From Patella caerulea (lineage: Eukaryota), in contig JAZGQO010000002.1 in the NCBI GenBank assembly GCA_036850965.1, forward strand, positions 26,932,901 to 26,996,900: a stretch of 64,000 nucleotides of DNA, written 5' to 3'. The position numbers and the translations under genes are program-made. Positions 18,483 through 30,849 of the stretch are shown here, one piece after another (positions within the stretch are counted from its first letter, which is position 1; each line of letters starts with the position of its first letter). A model generated the notes under the pieces. That model ran no database searches, was not told where the DNA came from, and saw only the letters and a program-made list of their open reading frames with translations.

Positions 18483-21400
18483 TGTCGAACGTAGAACAAA
18501 TTGCAACAAAAGGTTTTTTGTTATATATTGACTCAGTATGATGTCCTAAGTAAGGAAATGAAAGTTTACCAAAATCGGAGTCCAAATAAGGACAGGGGGC
18601 GTGGCCAAATCCAAGATGGCGGCTGTCGATCAAAACTCGTGAATATCTCTAAAACTATTGGATTTAGACACCATAAATGTATTGCGGACAGATAGGAAGT
18701 CGGTATCAGCGAGTCCAAAAATGGCGACGTTATGTCTCTATGACGTCATGACGTTACTGTGACGTCACAACGGCATATCAGACGTCGCATTTTTTTCCAA
18801 AACCAGTCCATTTACACGCGTGTTTACAGTACAAACGAATGCTGATGCAGAGAAAAGGATATTCACATTATGGGTTCATAAAGAAGAACAATGTGTTACA
18901 CTAACGTAGAAGGGGGCTAATAGTATATGACTCTGACAGCATTGTCGTAAATTGATACTATTGCAGTAGCCGTAGGAACGCGCATTCGTATCAAATGTTG
19001 ACAAAAATAGTTTACACCAATTTTAAGAAATGAAATGAAATGTATGACCAACTGTTCTGCTCCCCTCTAGGTTCCATCAGTTTGATGCGAGGAGAATTTT
19101 GCCATGCAGTGGTGCAACGACACTCTTATATCGAATTCCCACTGCTAAGGGTTCTTTTCCTGGATCAGTGCATTCAAGGCTGACTGCTCTTGACGTTTGG
19201 CTCACTCAGAAGTAGTTTAATCCCCAAAAGGATTTATATTTTGACACAGGTGTCGTCTAGATTTGTTACAAAACCGATCTGGACCGAAATGCGAACAACA
19301 CCCCCTGGTAGTGTTTCTGAAAGCATAACTTAGAGAATTACGTTTCGGGAGCTACTTTCACATGGACAGACAATACCAGCGTCAAAATTTAAAATATTTG
19401 TTTAGAACTGAAATAAATGAACTAACTATAAGTCAATCTCCAGGCTAAAAACATTAACAGAATTGATTGTGTATATCTGGAATAGACACGACCGAAGCAC
19501 AAAACAGTGCAAGATGGTGGCCGCCATGAACCCCCATTCGCTGAAGCTGTCATTGAAAACGACGTAGATGTTATTTTTTGTGAAAAATCATTGAAATCAT
19601 GTTGGGGCTGTACGGATTATATAGCCCTTAAGGTTGCAAAGCAAACAATGTAACGTGTTGTGGAATGTGGATGTTGACATTTTGACTACTAAATGTGTCT
19701 GAGATAACTTCTCCACAGGTAGCGTGTATCAGATGTTCCGATTGTACCACAGATTTTAAAACGGTGAAAATTGGTCTACCCGATCTTTACGTTTTGCCAC
19801 TGGCTCTAGCTGAAATGATACTAGTCCGGCAGTCAAACACCAGGTGAAGTCTTGCGATGGAAATAAAGCAGGGCCCGTAACAGGGGGAAGGCAACTGGGA
19901 CACTTGTCTAGGTGTCTAGAACTCAGAAGGTACCAACAGTATGCCAAGTAATGTTTTCAACAACATTTGTTGGTTTAAAGGAACAAATATAAAAAAATTT
20001 TACTTGATCGTAAAACAGAAGAAAACCGGTAGCTTTTCTGAATGTTGGTACCTAGTTCCAGGGGTAAGATTAGAATTGGATTTTGTCAGTTCACCTTTTT
20101 GGGAATAATTGGTAAATCTAGAAATGTAAGTCACCTGCCCAGACCTTACTGCAGTGTGGCTCCGACCCGTTCTCGTTTCGTTTGATGCTATCATCATCGT
20201 CAGGGTGTCCCGGTCAAGTCCGGGCCTGAAGAACGCTTCGATGAACTAATGATCCAGTTACCCCAGCCATAAAATATGCCTAGTGACGCTAGAGACTAGG
20301 TGTTTTGCCAAACGTTTTGCCGAGTTGCTTGTCCCAGGGTCATGAAATAAAGACAATCTAATGTTTTTCGATAGATTATATATCTTTAATATGTGTCGAT
20401 TCAGAATGTTGCCAATTTGAATACATATTAGTATTCCAATATGACGGCTTTATTACAAATATGGCCAAATTTTGCGTGAAATTTCGATGTTAGCAATGTG
20501 ATTGTATAATACGTCAAATCGTAGGTTTTCGAAGTAGACAAATTAATACCTCAATCACAAAATGTGCCATGGCCGATTAAAACACCATTATGGGACTCAA
20601 ATTCGACAAAATATCCATGTTCAGGAGATCATGGAAGAAAAAAGTAAATTTAGCATTTCAGATATGAATTCGGCTACCTGGAAAACCTCCAGTTTAAACG
20701 TAGTACACTATCTTATTACCATAACTACCGTGCTTATTATCTCAGTTTGGGTAGAGCTGTAGGACGTTAAACCCCGCCAATGCGAATATAGCGGTCAAAT
20801 TGAAATACCTTCCTGGAACATATTTTATGTTGATATCTGAATTATGGGTACACTAAAAACATACACAGGGAACTTTGTGATTTTCTCTCAAAATTGGTTC
20901 CATTTTGATTTTGTTTTCCTAGCAGAATTCGCCGTCACTTTTAGGGGGGGGGGGGCGATTCCAAAGCTCTTTGGATTCAACGAGTCGTATTGGTGACAAA
21001 TATTAGAACTGCTTCAAAATCGGGTCTAAAATAGCTATGTAAAGATGGTAGAATCAATTTTGAGGATGAGAGCGATGATGCAGTGGCCAAAAAGATAAAA
21101 ACAAGCGACATTAAGGAGCTCAGTGAGGCCATGTTTTGACACCCATTTCTGCTTGTACTGGGGAAGTGCATTGATTGTTGAATGAGCAGTGCCTATCGAT
21201 TTTCACCTTTTCGAACTCGTATCTGCCCAGATATGATCCGGACCCCCAAAACACCACTCTTAATTAATGCTTTTCGGGACATTACCGCCAAAAATGGTTT
21301 TGTAGCACATCTCGGGAACATCTAGGAAATTTGTGTCAAAATAAAAAAATTTCTGATAATCTTTAGGCCGAATGTCAAAGTTGATCAACCCCCGCCGATT

Positions 21401-22018
21401 CAAACTTTGATGCAATTCTCCAGTAAAGTGCGTAGGCCGTTGCGGCATTGCAGGACACATTTTCCCTCATGGCACAGCGGGATGGCCTAGTCGGAGTAGA
21501 CCAATAGGATGCATAACCCCATTTCGTTTCATTTCTCCCAACAATTGAAATGAATCCGGGTTCCTACAGCTACACTATGGTACCACCTACCGACAATGCA
21601 GCAATATTTGTTTACTTTAAACCTCCTACATTATTGTAACGTTTTGTTCTTCTCTGCATCAGCATTTGTTTCTGCTGTTAACATGCGTAAATGGACTGTT
21701 TTTGGAAGAAATGCGACACCTGATATGCCGTTGTGACGTCACAGTAACGTCATGACGTCATAGAGACATAACGTCGCCATTTTTAGACTCGCTGGTACCG
21801 ACTTCCTATCTGTCCGCAATACATTTATGGTGTCTAAATCCAATAGTTTTAGAGATATTCACGAGTTTTGATCGACAGCCGCCATCTTGGATTTGGCCAC
21901 GCCCCCTGCCCTTATTTGGACTCCGATTTGGGTAAACTTTCTTTTGCTTACTTAGGACATCATAATAAGTCAATAGAAAACAAAAAACCTTTTGTTGCAA
22001 TTTGTTCTACGTCAAATG
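18483..22018. mobile_element. Non-autonomous DNA transposon, ~3.5 kb, with ~400-bp terminal inverted repeats (TIR-L 18483-18870, TIR-R 21630-22018) and no long internal ORF.
   Basis: The two segments are near-perfect reverse complements and hold ATGACGTCATGACGTTACTGTGACGTCAC (stacked CRE-like palindromes) and AAGATGGCGGC. ORFs 18501-18695 and 21806-22000 are mirror images of each other. Confidence 0.7.
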
Positions 22019-23712
22019 CTAATTTGACTAGACTAATTCAACTGTTTTTATCAGTTACATTTAGAATGAATTAAATTTTTTAAATGCAAGTTGAGCAGCT
22101 TTCTTCAAAAACGTAGAATGACTGTCTAATATAACTGCCATAGATGACAATTCTGATGTCTGCAACTGAAATGGAAACAATAACATAGGTTGCCAGGGAA
22201 AAAATATACACCTGGTAAGAAGGCTGGGCAGCAGTAAATGTAGTCACACATTGAAAGTGCTATAATGCTCTATATTAAACATGCATTATGCAAGAGCTAA
22301 ATCTGCCAATTACAAGTCTTTCTTTAGGCCTGAAATGTTATCTAAATTATCAATTAGACATTTTTAAACTAACTTATCCAGACCATAATAAACTCTCGAT
22401 GTCTAGACTAGCCTTCGATGTTGCCTGGATTAGATTCCTATATGCTGCTTAACGGCCATTGATAAATAAATTTAAAACATGGATAATCGCAAACTCCGCG
22501 CAGTGTTTTGTTTGATTAGAGCTAATCCCACTCGCTGCTATACAGAGCAAACATTTTTGTGCTAAATTATGATTGGTCAGTAGTCCCATTACCAACCAGT
22601 AGCTGACAGCGTTACAAAGGCTTTGCCTTAAAAACAAAGCGCCTAATTGGACCAAACATGTTTATGTTACGTAATGGCTCACGATTTTATTATGTCCAAT
22701 TAACCAGTGCATAGCAGATTATTGCAGTAAAACTAATTGAGTGACAAACGAGGTTATCAAATCGATTATAATGTAAACAATACTGTTTGGAAACGAACAT
22801 ACTTTTACCTTTTTTTAATACCTTGAATCACTGTCCAAAGTTTTAGGGAAGACCCAGATTAAACGAAGGACTGTCATGTTGCTGTACTCAAGTGATAGCT
22901 TTGATTGAACGGGAAGAATAGACACACTCCTTCAAAAGTTCAAGAATCAGAAGCTAATCCAGCAATGGCCAGAGAGGGATTTCTTGGGCCATTGCTTCAG
23001 GAATATGGGATAATCAAGACTATGCTGTTTATATTAATGATTTTAGTAATGATGACCGAAGCAAGGCGAAAGTTTCACCCGATTCTTTCTTGGCTCATAG
23101 TGGATCAATTTTCAGCAAATTACCATTACACTATCTAGTTTTTAACTATTATAGTGAGAACTGCCAACTCTTTATCTTATCTCCCATAATGTATCTTTAA
23201 TAATAGGTAAAATAGTTTAAATACAACGATCACATCCTTTTTCTGCACTTGATTTATACTGAAGCTCAATTTACATGTATACCAACTAAACTATTCAAAT
23301 TAATTGGGTTTTCACTTCCTTCATTTCTACACGTCACCAACTTACCCAATGAAAAGTGTACACAAAATGTATTTTATTTACGGTATTCAAAATATTTCAA
23401 ACATAAGCTCTGATCTATTTAGCTGTACCAATACTACATCCGGTAGATAGTGGAAAGGATATTTCAATGTTTTCACGAAGTTAATTTGTAGACATTTGAT
23501 AGATAAAGGGAGGACAGTCTCTGTGGGTGTCCAGTGGTATAAATGGTATGGGTGATTAATTTCAAATCTTTACAGTAGCAAGCCTTTGGATCTTACTTCT
23601 CTTTACTTTCGGACTATTGGATATTCTTGGACTACAAACTGTTAATTTTAAAACAAAGTCAGCTTAACTATTAGTTATCATATACAGAAGAAAGTATATA
23701 TACCTGCTTGCC

Positions 23713-23906
23713 ATATCTATTGATGAAGTGTAGTAAAAATTTTCCAAATTTCTTACTGGTAGATAACTTAGTTCTAGACAGTGATAAACAACCAATCAGA
23801 TCAACGGTAACATCCGATGATATGTCTACCTTGAGTTCAATTAGTGATTGTAAAATTGAGATGATTGGTTCATCTATAACTCTAGGGGTAGCAGCCATAA
23901 TCCTGT
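23713..23906 (-). CDS. Possible host exon (~65 aa, …IMAATPRVIDEPIISILQSLIELKVDISSDVTVDLIGCLSLSRTKLSTSKKFGKFLLHFINRYGKQ) with consensus splice sites at both ends.
   Basis: Acceptor ttgtttacag| and donor CAG|GTATAT on the minus strand. The ORF is long for AT-rich DNA. Confidence 0.25.
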
Positions 23907-25719
23907 AAACAATCAAACATGGGAAAATACTGATATATTGTGTTGCCAGCGAACACTTTGACCTGTAGAGTGTTTGCAAGGTTAAGATGACAGGGGAAAT
24001 TGATGAACAACTCTGAAATTTCATATGATTCCTCCTCCAGACTATTTCATTTAGTTTCGAAACATTATTTTGAACAACATGAGGTTTAGAATATTTACAA
24101 TAATAGACAGTGAATGGGAGTGATGATTGCTCGTAATATAACATACATAAATACACAGTTGAATAGGTCATTTTGAAAATGCACATACACATACATGTAT
24201 ATTATTTGACATTTGACGTCAACAAAAAAGATACATTTGATTATACCTAATAAAATATTGATGATCCCTTGCTTCCATACATTGAGAACAAATTCTACAT
24301 ATTATTTCACTGTGATATACATCTGAAATAACAAGTGTAATAGTACAATCAAAACACCAACTTCAAAGACCACGATTCAAAATTCTAATTGATGTAACAA
24401 TGAAATATAAACATCATTTGTCCGTATTGTGTTGTTGTGAGGCTGTATAAAGAAATAACCATAGTAAATATCAACAGTAAATATTCTCCTAGCCTAACTA
24501 TGATTTTATCAATAATAGTTTCTATCAAACACTTACTGTACTTGTATATCAGTGTGTAAATGTTTAATTCATCATGTTTTTGTAAATACGAAATAGACTG
24601 TTGAATTGTTTTTCCTTCAAAAGTTCCATTTAATGGCTTTTCTTTTGATTAGTTTTTCTTTGACTGCTTCAAATGTCCTATCACACAAACTAGATCATTT
24701 CTGTACAAACATATGAATCAATTTTATTTCAATAATTGAATTGCGTGCATAGAAGTCTTTAGCAGTAGGAGGAAATTGTAGAACCCAGATAAAATCCATG
24801 AGGTTGGACTGAGACCCGACACATTGTCATGTACAAGCTGGAAATCAAAGACTTGACCCATTACATACCTCATGATCTAAAGTGTATGCTTTAACATTCA
24901 GCACCCCCTCCTCTATGACTAGCATATAAGCTACATACACAATTTAATAACTCTACTTACTTATAGGTATCTCTATAATAATTTTTGAAACTATATCAAT
25001 GAACTGTTTAGGGAAGACTTTACATAAATCCATCAATACAGAAGCCAAGACTCGAGTTGGTGTCTGTGTTATATCTATAAACTATAAAATAAATCACATA
25101 ACATTGTCAGGCAATGAATAAATGTACCCCAGCAGCTGGTTTGATGAAAAACAGAAAAATGTTACAAGGTTTCAGTGACAGGGGAAAAAGCCCCATCTAA
25201 ACTTAGTGTCCGATACTTGATTTTGATAGGGTACCTTCAACATAGTAAGCCACGTACCTAGAAAATTTAAACAAATTATTTCAGGTTTGGTGACAAGGGC
25301 AATATCAATTAAATTTTCCTTTTCTGACTATCTAATTGTTAGCCAAAACGTTAGACAGCGAGAAATGAGGTTTACCAACCGCTCGACACAAACTATGTCA
25401 TTTCAAGAAATGAAATCAGCAGTTTGAAAAAGAATACCCATAACCTTTTTGTTACAGACAATAAGTACCGGGTATGTTCACACTAAAGTTAAAATGACTA
25501 TATTTTACCTTTTCTTTAATAGCATATTCCATAAAGACAGTTGTATTATCATATGGTATAATAGTAGAATTAGACAATAGATGTTCACAAGCTGTTGTTA
25601 AACATTCTTCATCATAGTCTGAGATACCAAGATATACACATATACTCCCTACCTATTAATAAACAATAGATTTATTGTAGTCTTATACACAAATACCTAT
25701 TAAGGAACAAACTTTATCA

Positions 25720-26344
25720 TAATCTGAAAGATGAGTTGCCAGGCAATGAAACATACACCCACGGCGGCTAAATCGTCTGGGTAGTCAACAAGGGTTGTCG
25801 CATATTTTTACTTTTTTCGGTAATAAAACATTTGTAATATACTAAAATCTGATTAAGAGTAACAACTCATTAAATAATTATCAGAAATCATTAGAATTTG
25901 TTTGGTTTTTATAAAGTTTTGCTCCATGCTAATGTTAAGTATACGAAACATTTAATATCATGGATTTAGCTGTTCACTTATATCAAAATTCACTGAAAAT
26001 CAAAATACTTGTTTGTTTCAAGACCTTAAACTCTGTATCAATCTGAATTTAACCGGATGATAAGTTTGTCCTCAAGAGTGTTACATGATTTTTCAAAGTA
26101 ATCAAGGGAGATAATGTTGTCAGTAAAAATCAATAGGCTTCTTTGTCTCATGACAGTAAACACTGTGTATAAATTTCAAGTCAATTGGATATTAACTTTG
26201 GCCTCTAGAGCGTCCACAAGATTTTTTGAAGAGAGAGAGAAATGGGGTTTAAAGTCCACTCAACACAAACTAGGTCATTTCGGGACTAACATATGGTTTC
26301 ATTTTATTTCAATAATTCGCTTGCGCGTAGGGGTCTTTAGCAGT

Positions 26345-26375
<31 letters not shown>

Positions 26376-26700
26376 ACAAGGTTGAGAAGGCGCCCCTATC
26401 TCCATGCCACATACATACACACTAGGGCTCGAAACCACAGCCGCAAGCCAGAGGTGACCGGCCAGCTAGAGGTCGAAGCGCGGCACTCTAAACCACTAGG
26501 CCATCCCAACCCCCCGGTTTTTGGAAGTGATCAAAGACCATAACACTGGCAGTAATTTTCAGGAAACACTGAAAATCAATAGGCGTCTTTGTTTCATGAC
26601 CTTAAACACTGTGTATAAATTTAAAGTCAACCGGATATTAACTTTAGCCTCTAGAGCGTCCGCAAGCAATTGTGCTCTTTTCTATTTTTTCATTATATTA
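25720..26700 (+). mobile_element. HINE-like element copy (5' region plus ~150-bp monomers), disrupted by a nested SINE and 3'-truncated.
   Basis: The 5' region matches 28740-29040. Monomers match the 29040-30120 array. Confidence 0.6.
26232..26522 (-). mobile_element. tRNA-derived SINE (same head and core as 4575-4861, different tail) inserted into a satellite monomer.
   Basis: It is the reverse complement of the SINE head. The host monomer sequence GATTTTTTGAAG|TGATCAAGG is split by the insertion. Confidence 0.75.
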
Positions 26701-26809
26701 GCAGTCGTTGTTTTTTGTATTTTAGAGGAGAGCCGAAAAAAGCTCCCCTTAATGAAGACATTGAGAAAATCGCTCCCCTAAAAAAGGCTCTCCTAGTTTC
26801 GATAAGAAG

Positions 26810-27175
26810 AGTGTTTAAAGGGACAATAACATTCTTGCTGGCTTGGTAGCTCCAGAAAATATATAATACCCTTATTCTAAGTACTAGATGATTAAATGTC
26901 CTACCTGTTGTGTAAATTATCCATTACAACCTATTTTATTTGTCCAAAGGGTTCGAAAATATTTTAAAATCCAAGTCACATTTGAAAAGGTTTACGTTAG
27001 ACTTTTCAAATCAATTGGTTGAATTTTTCCAATTTTTTAAATTAGGTGTGTTAAAGTGAAATTTATATCATCAATTAATTGGAATATTGTAAAATAATAC
27101 GATTTGTTGACCAGAATGAAGATTGGGACATATTTTTCAGTTACAACAAGATTGTTATTGGGGCTTTAAGAAATT
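26810..27175 (+). repeat. Interspersed ~270-365-bp repeat family. Other copies: 41741-42000 (+) and 43955-44390 (-).
   Basis: Near-identical copies were read directly. Confidence 0.6.
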
Positions 27176-27879
27176 AAGGAGAGTGATCTGATATTAAGAA
27201 GAGTGATTAGTTGTATGTATATGGAAAATGGTTCTGAAGATCAATAACAGCGTGTAAGGGGTCATTCCTGTTTACATAAATGATAATAAATGTATTCTGC
27301 TAAGCTACCTACTGTAATAGGCCCTAGCACTCGTTCGTAATCGTAGCCGTACGGTCAAGTAAAACTTCTGCTAATGTCTATAATACGGTATTACAATAGA
27401 AATACTTGTCAATATTTCTAAATATATATAGCTGGTAAATTTTATTTTTTTTAAAAACATAACCCCTATTCAAAATATAATCATAAACGCTTGACGATTC
27501 CATCAAAATATAATCTATTTCTTTCGGAATTATTCTCATTGGAAATTTTTACGTGCCATCTCTCGTAATTTCTCATGTCTCGCGAGAGTTCTACTTTTCA
27601 TTTCAGTTAAATGAACCATCTATTTTTAGCAACTGTTTCATCGGAATTTTATTACAATGTGCAATCACATTATACTCATCGAATACATCAAATAAATGTT
27701 CACAATGACCGTACGGCGGCGATCGGAATGCGAGTCCTTCTCGCATTTTACAAATATGGAGAGCGATTTTCAATTTGAAGGCGAGAGAGAAAAACCTCCC
27801 CTAGGGCGACATTCAGGAGCTCGGCAGGCGCTTGAGAGCGATTGCGCGCCTCAAAAAACAATGAAGGTAATAGGGAAGG

Positions 27880-28565
27880 GACAAAATAACAAAAAATTCT
27901 GTAGGGGTGTTTCTTAGGGGAAATTGATTGAACAAAACAATCTTGGCAAACATTTGGTTCTACCACAATTTTTGCGGTCGGGTAATTGGCATTTTTCAAA
28001 ATGGCGGCCCAAAGGTGTCTTTTTCCTAAGGTTTGTCCTCGAATGGGCCAGATATGTGTTCCAATATGTTTTAAACAAATCTTATTTATTTTGCTTCTTA
28101 TTGTGAACAATATTATATTCAAATGGGAACACATCAATAACAACACATTTGTACACTTATGGATGTTTAATCTGTAATCAACGGTACAAAGTCATTGGAG
28201 TATAATTTGTCGAACTCGGCATACACGAAATCATATTAAAAGACATACTTGACCACATATCTACCACAAGTGACAACAAAATTTCCTAAAAAAAATCCAA
28301 ATTTTGCCCAAGTGGTGGCCATTTTGGATCCAATATGGCCGCCGTTGCTCGAAATACGTTGGGGTATATCTTTTTGATCGCGGCATACTCGAGAGTCATT
28401 GAAACACATATCTGGCCCATTTGAGGACAAAACTCAGGAAAAAGACATTTTAGTGCCATTTTGAAAAATTCCAATTACCCGATCAAAAAAATCGAGATAC
28501 TATAGAACAATTTTTTTTGCCAAAATCGTTTTTTTTTCAATCACCCCTGCAGAATTTGCAGATGG
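27880..28565. mobile_element. Foldback/MITE-like element with ~230-bp inverted arms (27880-28100 and 28335-28565) around a ~230-bp loop.
   Basis: The arms are reverse complements sharing GGGTAATTGG(C/A)ATTTTTCAAAATGGC…GGGCCAGATATGTGTT. Confidence 0.6.
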
Positions 28566-28739
28566 TAGAAAAGTGCATTTAGTCCTATCCCTAGTTATAT
28601 ATTCATCAGGTCCAGGCCCCCAGCAGACAGAAAATCACACTCCATGATAGGAATTTTATCACATCAAAACCAAACACTGGATAGCAATGAGATGTTTGTT
28701 GATGAAAATATTACAGTTAAAACAATAAAAGTCAGTGAA

Positions 28740-30196
28740 AATCAAAAAGATAGGTTGCCAGGCAACGAAACATATGCCCACAGCAGCTAAATCGTCCGGG
28801 CAGTCAACAAGGGTTGTCGCATGTTTTTACTTTTTTTGGTAATGAAACAACTCATTATGTAATTATCTGAAAATCATTAGAATTTGTTTGCTTTTAATAA
28901 AGTTTTGCCCCACTCTATCAATTAGTATAAGAAACATTTAACATCATGGATTTAGCTGTTCAGTTATCAAAATTCACTGAAAATCAAAATACTTGTTCGT
29001 TTCAACACCTTAAACTCTGTGTATCAATCTGAAGTCAATTGGATGATAAGTTTGGCATCTGTAGCGTCACAAGGTTTTTTGAAGTGATCAAGGGAGATAA
29101 CTCTGGAAGTAATTATTTGAAATCAATGAAAGTCAGTAGGCTTCTTTGTCTCATGACCTTAAACAGTGTGTGTAAATTTAAAGTCAATCAGATATTAACT
29201 TTGGCCTCTAGAGCGTCAACAGGATTTTTTGATGTGATCAAGGGCCATAACTCTGGCAATATCAGAGATCGCTGAAAATCAATAGGCTTCTTCGTCTCAT
29301 AACCTAAAACACTGTGTATAAATTCAAAGTCAATCGGATATCAACTTTGGCCTTTAGAGCATCCACAAGGTTTTTTGAAGTGATCAAGGGCCATAACTCT
29401 GGCACTAATTATCGGAAATCGCTGAAAATCAATAGGCTTCTTCTTCTTATGACCTTAAACACTGTGTATGAATTTAAAGTCAATCGGATATTAACTTTGG
29501 CCTCTAGATCGTTCACAAGATTTTTTGAAGTGATCAAGGGCCATAACTCTGGCACTAATTATCAGAAATCGTTGAAAATCAATAGGATTCTTTGTCTTAT
29601 GACCTTAAACACTGTGTATAAATTTAAAATCAATCGGATATTAAGTTTGGCTTTTAGAGCGTCAACAAGATTTTTTGAAGTGATCAAGGGCCATAACTCT
29701 GGCACTAATTATCAGAAATCGCTGAAAATCAATAGGCTTCTTCGTCTTATGACCTTAAACACTGTGTATAAATTTAAGGTCAATCGGATATTAACTTTGG
29801 CTTTTAGAGCGTCTACAAGATTTTTTGAAGTGATCAAGGGCCATAACTCTGGCACTAATTGTCGGAAATCGCTGAAAATCGATAAGCTTCTTCGTCTTAT
29901 GACCTTAAACACTGTGTATAAATTTAAAGCCAATCGAAAATTAACTTTGGCCTCTAGAGCGTCCACAAGATTTTTTGAAGTGATCAAGGGCCATAACTTT
30001 GGTAGTTATTATCGGAAATCGCTGAAAAGCAATAGACTTCTTTGTCTCATGACCTCAAACACTGTGTATAAATTTAAAGTCAATCGGATATTAACTTTAG
30101 CCTCTAGAGCGTCCACAAGCAATTGTGGACGCCGGACCGACGGACGGACGGGGGCAACGACAATATACGACCACATTTCAATGTGGGCGTATAAAA
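28740..30196 (+). mobile_element. HINE-like element: ~300-bp 5' region, seven ~150-bp monomers, palindrome GTCCACAAGCAATTGTGGAC, (GGAC)n microsatellite, hairpin terminus.
   Basis: Terminus …GACCGACGGACGGACGGGGGCAACGACAATATACGACCACATTTCAATGTGGGCGTATAAAAAG. The 300-aa ORF 29314-30216 is an artefact of the monomer length being a multiple of 3. Confidence 0.7.
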
Positions 30197-30849
30197 AGCA
30201 AATTAAAGAAAAGTAGGGTTTGAATTGTAAAAAGGAACCAATAAGTGCACTGTGGAGATATATTTGTCTTAACATCTTACCTGTTGGGGGTTTGAAGTGA
30301 TAAAAATATCAAAGTTTGAAGAATCTTGCTGACCACATCTCCAATTTTCTTCTAAATTATTTATCTTTACCTGGAAAAAAAAAAAACCCACAAAAAAATT
30401 ATTACTGATACCAGCGTTCAATTCATAGTTGGCAAGGCAAAGTCCATTATAGACCATTCTCATTCTCAACAGCAAAAATGTCCATGTTACATATAAAAAT
30501 TATCGAATATTTGGAAAAGATTATCTTTTAAAAGAGAAATGGGGTTTAACATCCACTCGACACAACTAAGTCATTTCGGGACTAACATATGGTTTAATTT
30601 TATTTCAATAATTCGCTTGCATTATATTATAACTTTCTTTTTTTTCCTGCTAATTGGTTTCTCCTTGTTATTCCTACTTGTTATCTTTGATCTGGTTAAT
30701 TAGGGTTTCACACTGCGAAGCTTGTGTGAAACACTATTGTTTTTGTTAAAATTATTATTCTTATTAGGGTTTCACACTGCGTAGCTTGTGTGAAACACTA
30801 TTGTTTTTGTTAAAATTATTATTCTTATTATTATTATTATTCAGATTCC

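Noticed and set aside
18501-22000. Identical 64-aa ORFs at 18501-18695 (+) and 21806-22000 (-).
   Set aside because: They are mirror images produced by the terminal inverted repeats of a transposon, not genes.
29314-30216. 300-aa ORF (and overlapping 29712-29987 and 30009-30275 ORFs) across the 150-bp satellite array.
   Set aside because: The monomer length is a multiple of 3, so a stop-free frame propagates through the array. The peptide is a 50-aa repeat with no protein features.
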